Positions 41,692 to 52,627 of a stretch of DNA of 64,000 nucleotides are shown in pieces (the first letter of the stretch is position 1; every line of letters starts with the position of its first letter). Location: IMG/VR virus record IMGVR_UViG_3300031088_000759, one strand, 5' to 3'. The notes beneath the pieces were generated by a model that had not been told where the DNA came from, made no database searches, and saw nothing but the letters and a program-made list of their open reading frames with translations. Source of the DNA: a virus. The translations under genes were made by a program, and so were the position numbers.

Positions 41692-41898
41692 TCAAATCTC
41701 CATCCGCGAATTATAGTAGCAATCATCACACAACCAATGGTCAGTGAAATCACCACGAATTTCTTCATTAAATGGATCAGGACGATAAGAAATCGTATTT
41801 TGAACAGTGCCATTATACGAACGCTTTATACCTGAGCCGTTATTTGGAGCAATCGGATAAACATTCTCACAATATTCACAAACATGTGTTTTAATCAT
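41692..41898 (-). CDS. small Cys4 zinc-binding protein
   Basis: CEYC...DPFNEE...HWLCDDC; AAGGAG RBS. Confidence 0.7.
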   Translation of the reverse strand: MIKTHVCEYCENVYPIAPNNGSGIKRSYNGTVQNTISYRPDPFNEEIRGDFTDHWLCDDCYYNSRMEI

Positions 41899-41985
41899 TA
41901 TAATCTCCTTAAAAATAAACAAAATGTTTTTTAACATTCTTTTGTCATATTCAATAATGCTTATTTTTGAAAGATTTTATAATCG

Positions 41986-42059
41986 TAGTCCTGGAGGGAT
42001 TCGAACCCACAACACACTGATTCTTAGTCAGCGTCCTCTACCAGTTGGGATACAGAACC
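41986..42059 (-). tRNA. tRNA-Leu(AAG), A34, short variable loop
   Basis: loop CT-AAG-AA; body similar to 5743-5815. Confidence 0.78.
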
Positions 42060-42331
42060 AAAAGGCCCTGAGACTTCACGGTTGCGACCCGTAAAGGATT
42101 TAACATTTAAAACACACGCTCAGTCCTAATCGTGTATTACCTTTTTCAAGGCTGTTTAACAAAAAATGGAAAAGATAAAAATGCTTGGACAAACCCGAAA
42201 GTTCATGCCCCAAAACATTCTACTGAAAATGTTCCGCGATACACCACAAGCCCATTTGGACCCCGCCAGCCGCGACACTGGCACCTTTATCTCATCCCTT
42301 GCTAAACCGTTCAGTAATTGATTTAACAAGT

Positions 42332-42416
42332 TGGTAGGCACGGTGAGATTCGAACTCACGAAGACTTAACACTACTTTATCAGAGTAGCCCCTTTGAACC
42401 GCTTGGATACGTGCCT
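42332..42416 (-). tRNA. tRNA-Ile(GAU), enlarged variable region
   Basis: cloverleaf, encoded CCA. Confidence 0.8.
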
Positions 42417-42579
42417 ATAATTTTTCATTCACTATTATATTATCAAAAAAACTTTATCTTACATTTAGATTATATCAAACTTTTTCTTTCTTGTCAAGTC
42501 AGCGGATAAATTATTTACTATCAATTTCCTTCTTGACACTCACTACTATACTACACTTAATATCTTTTGTCAAATCCAA

Positions 42580-42610
42580 TCTCGTTATCGCTCTGGATAA
42601 TTCCTCAACT
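42580..42610 (-). repeat. 31-nt leader motif copy 4
   Basis: variant TTATC-CAGAGC-GATAA. Confidence 0.8.
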
Positions 42611-42739
42611 TCGTTCAACAATGTATACTGTATCAAACTTTTTTCTGCATGTCAAGTTTTCTTGTTAGATAGTTTTCATTAACAAAGAGAGCATAGCAAG
42701 AATTTTATCCCACTATGCTCCCGAATGTTAAAAAGAATT

Positions 42740-43318
42740 TCAACGAGGTTCTTTGTCGAAAAGTTCATACATCTCCTGAGCCTTATCATACGCATTATTA
42801 GCGCTAACTTTATGCGAAGCTTGAACAAAGAGTCCATCTTCATCTTCCAAATAAACAGAATATGATTTATCTTTGTCTTCCACAACTCTTACAGAATATT
42901 CTACTGGAATGTGCCCTGATTCATCCATATGTTCTGAAATTTTATTTCTTATATCTTCGTTAATTTTCGATGATTGCTTACCTAAAATCAAATCTTTTCC
43001 AACATCACCATAATCAAAATGTTTAATATGTTTTAATTGTTCAGCATCATCTTTGCTGTTATTCATCAACTGTTCGAACTCATACCCTTTTGGATGTTCA
43101 TAGATTGAAGAAGATAATTCCAGTGATTGTTTTGCTTTTTTGAAAGAAGCTATTTTGTCATACTTTTCAGAGAGAATTTTTTCATTTGCAGAATTTGCAT
43201 CATTAATATTGTCAAAATGGTTTTCTGATTTGCTGACAGGACATTTTTCAGAAGTTGTGGTACATCTTCCCACTTTATTTGAAAAATTGATGTGATAACT
43301 GCTTTTTTGCTTTGCCAT
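42740..43318 (-). CDS. YH-C-C-H leader family protein
   Basis: SYHINFSNKVGRCTTTSEKCP...NHFDN leader. Confidence 0.78.
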   Translation of the reverse strand: MAKQKSSYHINFSNKVGRCTTTSEKCPVSKSENHFDNINDANSANEKILSEKYDKIASFKKAKQSLELSSSIYEHPKGYEFEQLMNNSKDDAEQLKHIKHFDYGDVGKDLILGKQSSKINEDIRNKISEHMDESGHIPVEYSVRVVEDKDKSYSVYLEDEDGLFVQASHKVSANNAYDKAQEMYELFDKEPR

Positions 43319-43506
43319 TGCTTGCCCCTCTGGATTTGTATTGTTGTACTAATTATCCAAATAGATTCTATAACGCAAAACGAAGAGAGCACAACAAGAA
43401 TATTATCTCGCTGTGCTCCCGAATGTTAAAACATAATATCAAACTTCAACAATTTTGTCAAGATATCCAAAATATTGTCCGCTGTTTATAGAATGTATAA
43501 TTTTTA

Positions 43507-44325
43507 TTACTTTTGCGTGTGTTTATAATCTGTAAAATATGCTTTTATTATATTGGTATGAGCACCGTTTTTAACAAAAGCGACACCTGTTTTATCATTA
43601 ATATGTTCAATATTATGTTGAGTAAAAAACTTATTAATATTAGGACTATTGTAAAAAGCTACTTCACGCGATGATGGAAAAAGTTCAACATAATCAAAAG
43701 TTTGCGAGGACAATATAATTGTTTTATTAAAAGATTTTAAAATTCTGTAATCCATCGTTAATAATTCTCGAAATTCTTCCGAAAGATGACTATAATGTGG
43801 TAAACTATCTAGGATAAGAAACTTTGTTTTGTCATGCTGACCGACTACGTTTGATCGCACAAAATTAAATAGTGCTTCAGTTATGTAGTCGATATCATCT
43901 TTGTGAAAGTCAAAGTATTTGTATTGATTTTTGTTATTTTTTAAATTCTCGATAAATGTATTGATAAATATGCTTTTTCCTATTCCTGTCATTCCTGTGA
44001 CATGAACGAAGGGAGATGTGTTTTCATTATCTATTTTCCAATAATAATTTTTATTATCAATTCCTAAGCCTAAATTGATTTGACCCTTTGTTTTATTTTT
44101 CTCTAGTCTATGAAATTTCATTAATCGTGAAATTTCATAGTTCGAGTATTTGCCAATATTCATTGCATTTCGTATGCTAGTGTCTTCTATACTTCCAGGT
44201 TTAATGTTAATTTTAAATCCTTCTTTGCGAAAAATAGGATCTTTGGAAATGATTCTTATCGTATTTGTCTTATTGTCTAAAACTGCTTTCACATTGTGTA
44301 AATCAATAATCTTGTTTTTTGACAT
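43507..44325 (-). CDS. divergent P-loop ATPase, paralog of 1-987
   Basis: similar N-terminal domain; Walker A GMTGIGKS, LILDS, LSSQ. Confidence 0.6.
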   Translation of the reverse strand: MSKNKIIDLHNVKAVLDNKTNTIRIISKDPIFRKEGFKINIKPGSIEDTSIRNAMNIGKYSNYEISRLMKFHRLEKNKTKGQINLGLGIDNKNYYWKIDNENTSPFVHVTGMTGIGKSIFINTFIENLKNNKNQYKYFDFHKDDIDYITEALFNFVRSNVVGQHDKTKFLILDSLPHYSHLSEEFRELLTMDYRILKSFNKTIILSSQTFDYVELFPSSREVAFYNSPNINKFFTQHNIEHINDKTGVAFVKNGAHTNIIKAYFTDYKHTQK

Positions 44326-44581
44326 ATTATTTTTCCTTTTCTATTATTTTTTATGTAGATGGGCTGGAGAATGCCAGTTCATAATAAAATCTTTTCTATG
44401 TTACTTAAATGATGTTAAAGAATTGAAGAAATCTATCGAAGTTTAGAACCTTTTTCTAATCGTTCTCTCTCACGCTTAGCACGCCTTTGCTTCTTAGCTT
44501 GCTGAATTTTTCGTTCTTCAGGATCATTTCGTAAAAATTCAGCATATTCAACATACATCTCATCAAGCGATTTTTCGTTAT

Positions 44582-44947
44582 TCATTCAAATACTCCATCA
44601 ACCCAATCGTATTTTTTCACACGATTTTTTTCAACTCTTTCTTCTTCCATATTCAGCAAATCTTCAGCAAGATTTTTTAAACAGTTTTCTACAGAACCAT
44701 AGGTTTTAAGATTATCCATTGATACGCTGTATGAAACAGTACGTTGCCAAAAACCTAAAATATTCTTTTGTAATTCAAGCTCAAAAACAAGTGTTTCTTC
44801 TCTGCTCACTTTAAGTTTCCAGCGGTAATCTTTACGAAGCTCGGGAAGTAAAGACATAATATCTTCTTCCATCACTCGTTTGTAAAGCGTTTCTTTCTGT
44901 TCTTTATTGTATGATGGAACTAAAATCTTTTCAGCCATGTTCATCAA
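44582..44947 (-). CDS. hypothetical protein
   Basis: 121-aa ORF coupled to upstream gene. Confidence 0.6.
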   Translation of the reverse strand: MMNMAEKILVPSYNKEQKETLYKRVMEEDIMSLLPELRKDYRWKLKVSREETLVFELELQKNILGFWQRTVSYSVSMDNLKTYGSVENCLKNLAEDLLNMEEERVEKNRVKKYDWVDGVFE

Positions 44948-45339
44948 CTTTCATTAGTAGTATCTTTGTGCGATTCTTTTCCTACACTTTTCATAGCTTT
45001 AAGAATCAAGTCTACATCATCTCCATCAAACTCCCAGCTTAAAGCGATTCCGTAATCTTCGCCTAATTGAGAAATTTTGTTTTTCAATTCTTGTCTTTCA
45101 GGGTCTTCTTCAAATCCCGACAATATTACCTTACTATGATACCATTTTCCAGTGTAATTCTCAGCTTTTTCAATAATTTCTTTCATTTCTTGAATATTTG
45201 GCAAATCATAATGAATAATTTCAGAATCTTCATCAATGGTGCGTAGTTCATTGAGCAATTCGTCAATTTCTTCTTCACTACATTCATGATTTGGGGCACA
45301 AGTAGAGACTCTTCGTACTTTTTCAGTCATATATATCAA
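44944..45339 (-). CDS. hypothetical protein
   Basis: acidic ORF, GAGGT RBS. Confidence 0.6.
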   Translation of the reverse strand: MIYMTEKVRRVSTCAPNHECSEEEIDELLNELRTIDEDSEIIHYDLPNIQEMKEIIEKAENYTGKWYHSKVILSGFEEDPERQELKNKISQLGEDYGIALSWEFDGDDVDLILKAMKSVGKESHKDTTNES

Positions 45340-45444
45340 CCTCTTTTAAATAGGTGCTTAAAAATTTAATAAGCATTTATTTACTATGAATTTGTTGATC
45401 TATTTATCAATCTCATTTGACCTCATGCCAAAAGTTCTGTGAAT

Positions 45445-46125
45445 TCACCAACCGAAATCTACTGGAACATAGACTTGTGATTGTGGTCTAATAAATTCTT
45501 TTGTTCGTGGTTTAAGAACATCTGATTCTGTTACACGAATAAGTAATCTCCAACCTGTTTTATCAGCCGGAATAGCACGGTGAACATTCCACCAGTCCCA
45601 TGAAACCCAAGCATCACTCAAAGAAACAACATCAAGTTTACTTTCTTCTACTAGAGGATTGACTTTTTGGGTCAACTCTTTGTACAAGTCAGGATTGTCA
45701 AAGTTTTCAATGTCTAATTCAAAAGGTTGGTTAACAAATTCAGTAGGTGAATCTAAACCTACAGAAATAACGTGATAATGTGGCGCAATTTCTGGCAATT
45801 CTGCTTGTTTGTCTAAGCGAGGTTTTCCCTTAGCATCAGGAAGCAGCTCTTCGCCACGCGGAACACCATCTGTGTGCCAACCAGGGATGGCAGGATACCA
45901 ACCAGGCATAAGTAATGTAACCTTTGTGTCAACTGTTATGTAGTTTTTATCCCCGACTAATGGAACAGTTTCTAAAAGTTCACGCATCAAAGGTCCACCA
46001 TACATGACAGCATTTTCTAAAGATGGACGGCGTAATACAGGAGTTGACTCCACCGCTTCCCCCGAAATATTTTCAACAACTTTTTCGTGAATAGTAATAG
46101 GGTTTTGGCTGAATACGAATTTCAT
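45445..46125 (-). CDS. 2OG-Fe(II) dioxygenase-like protein
   Basis: WHTDG (HxD), distal HRA, R in WRLLIR. Confidence 0.6.
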   Translation of the reverse strand: MKFVFSQNPITIHEKVVENISGEAVESTPVLRRPSLENAVMYGGPLMRELLETVPLVGDKNYITVDTKVTLLMPGWYPAIPGWHTDGVPRGEELLPDAKGKPRLDKQAELPEIAPHYHVISVGLDSPTEFVNQPFELDIENFDNPDLYKELTQKVNPLVEESKLDVVSLSDAWVSWDWWNVHRAIPADKTGWRLLIRVTESDVLKPRTKEFIRPQSQVYVPVDFGW

Positions 46126-46212
46126 AAATAATCACCTTTTCGTAGAATTGATAGTTGATAGTGAATTTTAAGAATCACATTGATTATTATATCAACTCAT
46201 CAGAAATATTGT

Positions 46213-46473
46213 TTAAATGTCCCTGTTATTGTTCTTGTTATATTTATGAACAAGATTATATCCTTCTTGAACATTGCTGAAATCTATTCCATATCCAAAT
46301 CCGTCATAGCGCTCATCAAATCTTCTATCAGTAGGACCATTGTCACCTGTCTCGGTGGTATATATAAAGTTTTCTTCATATTTGGGGCATTTTTCGTCAT
46401 CATCGTATAAAGCTACGTCAAGATCATTAGCATTACAAAAAATACACCTTCCGCCTTGATAAACATGGTTCAT
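46213..46473 (-). CDS. hypothetical protein
   Basis: short ORF with CIFC. Confidence 0.45.
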   Translation of the reverse strand: MNHVYQGGRCIFCNANDLDVALYDDDEKCPKYEENFIYTTETGDNGPTDRRFDERYDGFGYGIDFSNVQEGYNLVHKYNKNNNRDI

Positions 46474-46710
46474 AATATAGTTATCTTTCTTAAACGTATA
46501 AATGTAATTCAAAAGTAAAAAGGAAACAGTAATAGAGTTAATTAAGTTCTATGTATTTTTACAACACTCCTGTTTCACAAGTGTCAAGATGGATCTCCCA
46601 GCTCTATCCATCTGATCACATGATTGGCTTCTCCTCGCAAGACAATAACGTTTGTTGCTAAGTATCTTAAGTTTTTAGAACAAATATTATCGAATTACTA
46701 TGTGATTCCG

Positions 46711-46780
46711 AGCGGGCGAGAAGAATCGAACTTCTACTTTCAGCTGGTCTGCTGATGTTCTACCATTAAACTACTGCCGC
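46711..46780 (-). tRNA. Gly-type tRNA with 6-nt anticodon loop (ACC-like)
   Basis: GCGG acceptor start, U73; loop AGACCA. Confidence 0.5.
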
Positions 46781-47283
46781 ATAACGCCCGTGGGGATACA
46801 CAGGCGGGCTTTTTAACAAGTTTAGCAATAATCCCTTATCTAACTCATTCTACGCCACCACAGCGCGTTCTATCAAGTTCTATCGCGTCCTCTGACTTGG
46901 TAAGAACTAAGATGCTGGTTATGAGTCATACATCTATTGTCATAGAAACATAAATTATCTTATCACAAAAACAAGATAATGGTGAATATAGTTTTTCATC
47001 TAATCCAATAGCCAGCAGGAATCGAACCTACTTACACCACCACTATTAAATCCATATAGTTAGCCTATTCCAAGATTATCCGTGATTAAATCAGAACTGT
47101 GTACCAGTGTTGAGCTTAATCGGACTCGAACCGCGTTCAAAGTGTTCCACTAAGAACTCACCATTCCGCTCATGCCAATAGTCATCAACTATCTGCATCA
47201 AAATCAACAAAGATTAGCTATTTCTTTGTCAATCAAGCTTTATATTGTAGAAACTAAACCCTTATTCAAAGTTTAACATCCAT

Positions 47284-47631
47284 TCAGTTTTTGAGAAATA
47301 CACCAGGTTCGGGTAATTCATCAGGCATCAATTCGGCAAAATCGCATTCTTCTGTAATGATTGTTCCATCAGCCAACTCGATATCTCTGTAAAGAATAGC
47401 TGAATTATCCGAATAAGCGGATAGAACCTCTCTCTTGCCATCACGAACATCATTTAATACGTTTTCATCAACTTGTGAGAAGAGGAACAATGGACCACCA
47501 AGAGAACAGTCAGCATAAGAGCTAAAATAATATTGCTTTTTATTCTCATCCTCTAAAACACCTACTTGAGGTCCATCATAATAAAACCATGTTTCAAGAA
47601 GTTTCATATCATCTTTATTAAACATAAACAC
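47284..47631 (-). CDS. hypothetical protein (YYDGP motif)
   Basis: 115-aa ORF. Confidence 0.6.
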   Translation of the reverse strand: MFMFNKDDMKLLETWFYYDGPQVGVLEDENKKQYYFSSYADCSLGGPLFLFSQVDENVLNDVRDGKREVLSAYSDNSAILYRDIELADGTIITEECDFAELMPDELPEPGVFLKN

Positions 47632-47861
47632 CTGATTCTTTTAGTCAGTTATAAAAACTAGAAACACACCGGGGATTCGAACCCCGCTCAGATTCATTAG
47701 ACCAGTTACCACAGCCGGATTTATCCCACTGCAAGGGACTCAAACCCTATTCTTTCACTTTCGCCAATTTCGTGCATTTCGTCCAAAGGATTTCTTGAAC
47801 AACCATGAATGATCAGTTCATGTCATTTCACAAAGTTTTGAACCTTCATGAAATACCTACG

Positions 47862-47933
47862 CGATTCTATGGAGACTCGAACTCCAATGACCGGATCGAC
47901 AATCCAGCATAATAACCTTTATATGATAGAACC
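47862..47933 (-). tRNA. tRNA-Asp(GUC)
   Basis: cloverleaf. Confidence 0.8.
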
Positions 47934-48009
47934 ATGTTTGACAAAATCAATTATTACATAAAATATAAATTTTGTCAAACTTTATACAACTTCTAGAATA
48001 CGAAACTCA

Positions 48010-48357
48010 TCACTTCATGATGTCTGACATCTTCACACGGTGCTCAACAATAAGCTCATCAGCCCTATGCTTAGTTCCAAAATCTCCCCAACCAGAATGA
48101 TTGAACATAACACGAACAGTAAGAGCACCATTAGCCTTCAGCTTAAAATTAGGAAAGACAAAGAAATACCCACCGAAATCCTGGTAATCCTTATCGTCAA
48201 TCAGACGAACATGATTCTCGAGATTCTTCTTTACCTTATTGATAAGAACATTCTTCTTTACCTTAATCTTCTTTGCCTCCGCAACAGTCATGTCATCCGA
48301 CACAACCAGTTTAGCAAGATTCTTCTCAAAGACTGCCTTGTTCATCATTCTAACCAT
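48010..48357 (-). CDS. hypothetical protein
   Basis: AAGGAG RBS, upstream promoter. Confidence 0.7.
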   Translation of the reverse strand: MVRMMNKAVFEKNLAKLVVSDDMTVAEAKKIKVKKNVLINKVKKNLENHVRLIDDKDYQDFGGYFFVFPNFKLKANGALTVRVMFNHSGWGDFGTKHRADELIVEHRVKMSDIMK

Positions 48358-48484
48358 TCTCCTTGTTTTTTCTCCGGCGTAGGAATAACCCGGACTTTTT
48401 ATCTTTCTTGTTATGTTTTAATAATACCATAAAACATAAATTTTGTCAAACTTTTCAAAACTGTTCATTATAAACTTTTAAATC

Positions 48485-48877
48485 TTAAACAGTAGTGTAA
48501 ACTGTTGTAGTAGTCTTCTTCTCCAAAAGTTCAACAATCTTCTCATCAGGGATATAGAAATTCCTATATTCCCAATCAATAATTTCCATACCGAAACCAA
48601 AAACCTGAACATCCTCATCATTCTCACGAAGACAAATCAAAGCAATATTCTTGTCATATCCAAAAATACTCTCTTCATCTTCAACAACCCACACCTGATA
48701 ATGACGACCACTCTCAGTGTAAACATCCATAAAATCTTCAAAAAGAAAAACCTTAGAAAGCTCACTGAACGTTTCAACAGACTTTGAAGGCTGATAATCA
48801 TCAACAACCACAGTTACAGAACTATTGATCAAATCATTATAGACATCATCCGCTGAAATTTTTGTGAACTCTGGCAT
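48485..48877 (-). CDS. hypothetical protein
   Basis: AAGGAG RBS, upstream promoter. Confidence 0.7.
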   Translation of the reverse strand: MPEFTKISADDVYNDLINSSVTVVVDDYQPSKSVETFSELSKVFLFEDFMDVYTESGRHYQVWVVEDEESIFGYDKNIALICLRENDEDVQVFGFGMEIIDWEYRNFYIPDEKIVELLEKKTTTTVYTTV

Positions 48878-48973
48878 TGCCTTCTCCTTGAGATGATTTT
48901 ACTTTTCAAAAGAAGCATACCACATTTAACAAATAGTGTCAAATAGTTTTCACGGATTTAACAAATTATTACC

Positions 48974-49456
48974 TTAAAGTGGTAAAGAAACTTGCTCTTG
49001 TTCAGTCTCAGAAAAAATTATAATTTCCAAACTATCTTCTGTAAAATAGAACTTTCCTTCAATGTACTTATCCTCTGAAGAAATTCCATGAAAATCAACC
49101 GCACTCCCGTTAAACATAGCATCAGTTGTTTCGTCATTCTCTAGATAATCAATATTGTCAAGTTCTGTTTCTTCTTTAAGAAGTCCTAAAATCTTGTCCC
49201 TGTCAATATGAATTTCTTTAAAAGTTTTGGGTTCTGCATAATAGTTTTGAATTGTAACGGGCGTATCAGAAGCTATCTTTACAGGACTATTGAAAGCAAC
49301 TGCTGTAATTATAATTACAGCTACAATACTTGCTCCTCCTACCAAAAGCCCGCTAAGCTCATCTAAATCATGAAAAACAAAAATAAGTATAATGACAATA
49401 GGGATAATAATAACAACAGGTAGAAGCCATTCAGGTAACCATTCAATACTAAACAT
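48974..49456 (-). CDS. two-TM membrane protein
   Basis: start at MFSIEW; two hydrophobic helices. Confidence 0.65.
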   Translation of the reverse strand: MFSIEWLPEWLLPVVIIIPIVIILIFVFHDLDELSGLLVGGASIVAVIIITAVAFNSPVKIASDTPVTIQNYYAEPKTFKEIHIDRDKILGLLKEETELDNIDYLENDETTDAMFNGSAVDFHGISSEDKYIEGKFYFTEDSLEIIIFSETEQEQVSLPL

Positions 49457-49535
49457 TTTACAATCCAACTTTCGCTTTGACAGATAAAAAGAAAAGTGAA
49501 AAATACGATATAAACAAATGGTGTTTTTCACTTCG

Positions 49536-49722
49536 TGGCAGGTAATGGATTCGAACCACTCCAGCATTTCAAAGAGATCAACCTCTGAAACAATCAAACT
49601 AAACACATTTCATTACTGAACATCAGGTACCTTAATGTTCTTTAACTACTTTTGTATTCCCGCTTGATTTAGTGCAACTATCTGACCGATAGCCTCTGCT
49701 TCACCACGCAAAGCAACCTACC
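49536..49722 (-). ncRNA. ~190-nt tRNA-like RNA with long insert in place of anticodon arm
   Basis: GGTAGGT/ACCTGCC acceptor, D-like arm, GGTTCGAATCC T arm. Confidence 0.5.
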
Positions 49723-49779
49723 ATATTAAACATTTCCATCAATTGCTCAATAATCAGATCAACTATTATTCAACAATCG

Positions 49780-49863
49780 TGCGGATGAGAGGACTCGAAC
49801 CTCCACGCTTTTACCAAGCACCAGGGCCTAAACCTGACGTGTCTACCATTTCACCACATCCGC
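49780..49863 (-). tRNA. tRNA-Leu(UAG)
   Basis: cloverleaf. Confidence 0.9.
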
Positions 49864-50280
49864 AAAACAATGGAATAAGGATAGTTAATCCCGCACCATC
49901 ACATACCATCAATTGTCAGCGTTCAAGGATTACAAGTGCTCTACAATTGTTTTACAGCAGGTATTTACCGAGTCTCAGAAACTACCTATATGGATCTTCA
50001 CAGTGCCATATTACTGACCAAGGAACAACCTTGATAAAACTATACTAACATAGATAAGAATATTTGTCAACTCATGTTGAGAGAATCTACGAGAGGTTAT
50101 AGCAATCCACACAATGCTTTGTTAAGGGATGAGAAATCGTTTTTGAACAATCTACACTTATTATTGTTTCGTGCTTTCTGGGACCGCTGTGAGGCTTTTA
50201 AAAACAAAAAAGTGCCGATTATGATGGAGAAAAGATTTGAGAATAAATTTAAACCATTAACCATAATCGGCACTTTTACG

Positions 50281-50361
50281 CGGAAGGCACGAGGCTCGAA
50301 CTCGCAACCCTATCGGGCATCTCCGTAGCAAGGAGACTGCTTTCCAATTCGCTTACCTTCC
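50281..50361 (-). tRNA. tRNA-Ser(GCU)
   Basis: cloverleaf, long arm. Confidence 0.87.
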
Positions 50362-50517
50362 ATAATTCGTAAAGCGCGTATTCTTTAACAAGGGCGCTAC
50401 CCCCGGAACCTGGCTTTACTTTTTCAGGTTTTGTGTGCTCAAAGCCTTTGCTCTGAGCCTCAAAGATTAGAGAAGCCCGCTTTTATCCAAAACTTAATTT
50501 GGAAGCCAGCCTCTCAG

Positions 50518-50591
50518 TACCCCGTACCAGATTCGAACTGGTGTCAATTTGAGTGAAAATCAAATATCCTAGGCCGCTAGATCAACGGGGC
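50518..50591 (-). tRNA. tRNA-Glu(UUC)
   Basis: cloverleaf. Confidence 0.88.
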
Positions 50592-50961
50592 GTACATTAT
50601 TCACGTTAACTAACTTTTAACTAATAATTCTTAAATATCCACCGTCCCAAACCTGAGACACGCACCGTAGTGATACGACAATTTCAATTTAAGCAAATCT
50701 CTATTTTATTTTTTCAACAAGTTTATTCTAACATATTAAAATAATTTTGTCAAATTATACTAACTTTTGAAAACCTATCCATGAACATTATTTACACAGA
50801 GGGAATAGGTGTCTAACAAAAAATCCTATTTTTAGCACACTGGCATAGGCAACCAGTTAACTAATTGATTATTAAAATTCCTGCTTGAATGTATTTTTAA
50901 TAATCTTCTCGTGCTATTAACAACTGAAACTAACTTCCCAGCAGACCTATTAGTTTCTTCG

Positions 50962-51035
50962 TAGCGGGAGCAGGATTCGAACCTGCGACCTCTTGGTTAT
51001 GAGCCAAGCGAGCTACCGAACTGCTCCACCCCGCG
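50962..51035 (-). tRNA. tRNA-Met(CAU), initiator-like
   Basis: CGCGGGG start, 1:72 mismatch. Confidence 0.9.
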
Positions 51036-51106
51036 ATGTTTTACATACTTATCTTATCAAAGAAATATTGTTTTGTCAAATGTTTTAAAACTTTTCTTCA
51101 ATATCG

Positions 51107-51177
51107 AGCGGATAACGAGAATCGAACTCGTGTCAACTGCATGGCAAGCAGTTATAATACCATTATACCATATCCGC
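51107..51177 (-). tRNA. tRNA-Gly(GCC)
   Basis: identical to 24576-24646. Confidence 0.9.
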
Positions 51178-51217
51178 GTATTCATTATTAAATATCAAAA
51201 CAATTTTTTAATACACG

Positions 51218-51290
51218 CTCCCCCACCTGGACTCGAACCAGGAACCCTCCGGTTAACAGCCGAATGCTCTGCCAATTGAGCTATAGAGGA
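51218..51290 (-). tRNA. tRNA-Asn(GUU)
   Basis: cloverleaf. Confidence 0.9.
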
Positions 51291-51431
51291 ATGTGGTAAG
51301 CCCTGCAGAACTTACCAAGAGTCTTTGTTGAGATTGTTAAACCTCTTTTTGAAACCCTGAAAAAATACGACCAGTTTCGGAAAACGACCGTAAGCAATGT
51401 AGTTGAAAACATTTTATGAATGATTCAACCG

Positions 51432-51503
51432 AGCGGGTAGCGAGAATCGAACTCGCGTCGTCTGCTTGGAAGGCAGAAGTAATAGCCGTTATACCATACC
51501 CGC
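51432..51503 (-). tRNA. tRNA-Gly(UCC)
   Basis: cloverleaf. Confidence 0.9.
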
Positions 51504-51601
51504 ATGATTGGCTGTTCCTGACATTTACCCGCATGTCCAAAATACGGGCACCAATTCTAAACTATTTAATTATATTGATTAACCTTTTATCAAGGCTTAG
51601 T

Positions 51602-51672
51602 ATACTAAATGGGACTCGAACCCATGCTGACACTCCTTCTCGGAGCCGCTCTAGCCAACTGAGCTATTAGTA
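51602..51672 (-). ncRNA. tRNA-like RNA with non-canonical anticodon loop
   Basis: canonical D and T arms; hairpin CTCC-GAGAA-GGAG. Confidence 0.5.
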
Positions 51673-51868
51673 CAATTTTTTTGACAATGAACACCATACT
51701 TGAAGAAACCCTAATCTCTTCTCCGATTTGAAACATTGCTTTATTCAAAAAAGTTAGGGCAATTTTGAACAAAGAAAATAAATAACGTTTTCTGGAATCG
51801 AACCAGGTCGCCATCTTCCCGGATGGTTATTAACGAGCATTGCCATTATGCTAAAAACATTATTTAAG

Positions 51869-51942
51869 TACCCCCCCTGGGACTCGAACCCAGACTCTGC
51901 GGATTAAAAGTCCGAAGCTTTAACCAATTAAGCTAGAGAGGC
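51869..51942 (-). tRNA. tRNA-Lys(UUU)
   Basis: cloverleaf. Confidence 0.88.
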
Positions 51943-52059
51943 ATACATTATAAAACACTATTAAATTATCAATCAACTTCTTATGAAACTATTCTATCAA
52001 ACTTTTTCCTGCTTGTCAAACTGTTTTAAAACTTTTTTGTCAAACTGTATCTTCAAAAA

Positions 52060-52090
52060 TCTCGTTATTACTCTGAATAAGTCCTCAACT
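52060..52090 (-). repeat. 31-nt leader motif copy 5
   Basis: TTATT-CAGAGT-AATAA variant. Confidence 0.85.
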
Positions 52091-52192
52091 TTTGTTGATA
52101 CACATATCTTAACATACTGCATAGTAATTTGTCAATTTACAAAATATATTTCTTGAATTTATCAGCCTATCATTTAGCAATGATGAATTCAG

Positions 52193-52265
52193 AGCCAATG
52201 GTGGGAATTGAACCCGACGACTTCCATCGTACCAAGATGGCGATCTACCACTGATCTACATTGGC
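52193..52265 (-). tRNA. tRNA-Thr(GGU)
   Basis: cloverleaf. Confidence 0.85.
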
Positions 52266-52273
52266 AAGGTTTA

Positions 52274-52342
52274 AACTATGGCAGGATTCGAACCCGCATG
52301 AACCGCTTCACAAGCGGCAGTTTTGCCGTTAAACTACATAGT
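52274..52342 (-). tRNA. tRNA-His(GUG)-like, atypical acceptor
   Basis: loop TT-GTG-AA, D and T arms. Confidence 0.6.
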
Positions 52343-52555
52343 AGGAAATGCTTTCACACACCCTTTTCACATCCGCACTGAAATATCGACTTTCAGATAC
52401 CTCTCTCGAGCGCATTAATCCAGTTTATGCTATACGGAACACCATATGACTACTTATTCACAATCACTATACACTATGATCACTTGTGTACAACTTTTGT
52501 AAATTTTCTTCACTTAGAGGAAAATTAATGAATTGTATACTATCATTAATTTTCG

Positions 52556-52627
52556 TAGTCATGGAGAATTTCGAAATCCCAACATCTTACATGTAAAGCA
52601 AGCGCTCTTCCTTTGAGCTACATGACT
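52556..52627 (-). tRNA. tRNA-Val(UAC)
   Basis: cloverleaf, variant T arm. Confidence 0.78.

Noticed and set aside
47010-47750. Isolated GGTTCGA T-arm hairpins as tRNA genes
   Set aside because: Could not build acceptor and anticodon arms by eye; left uncalled
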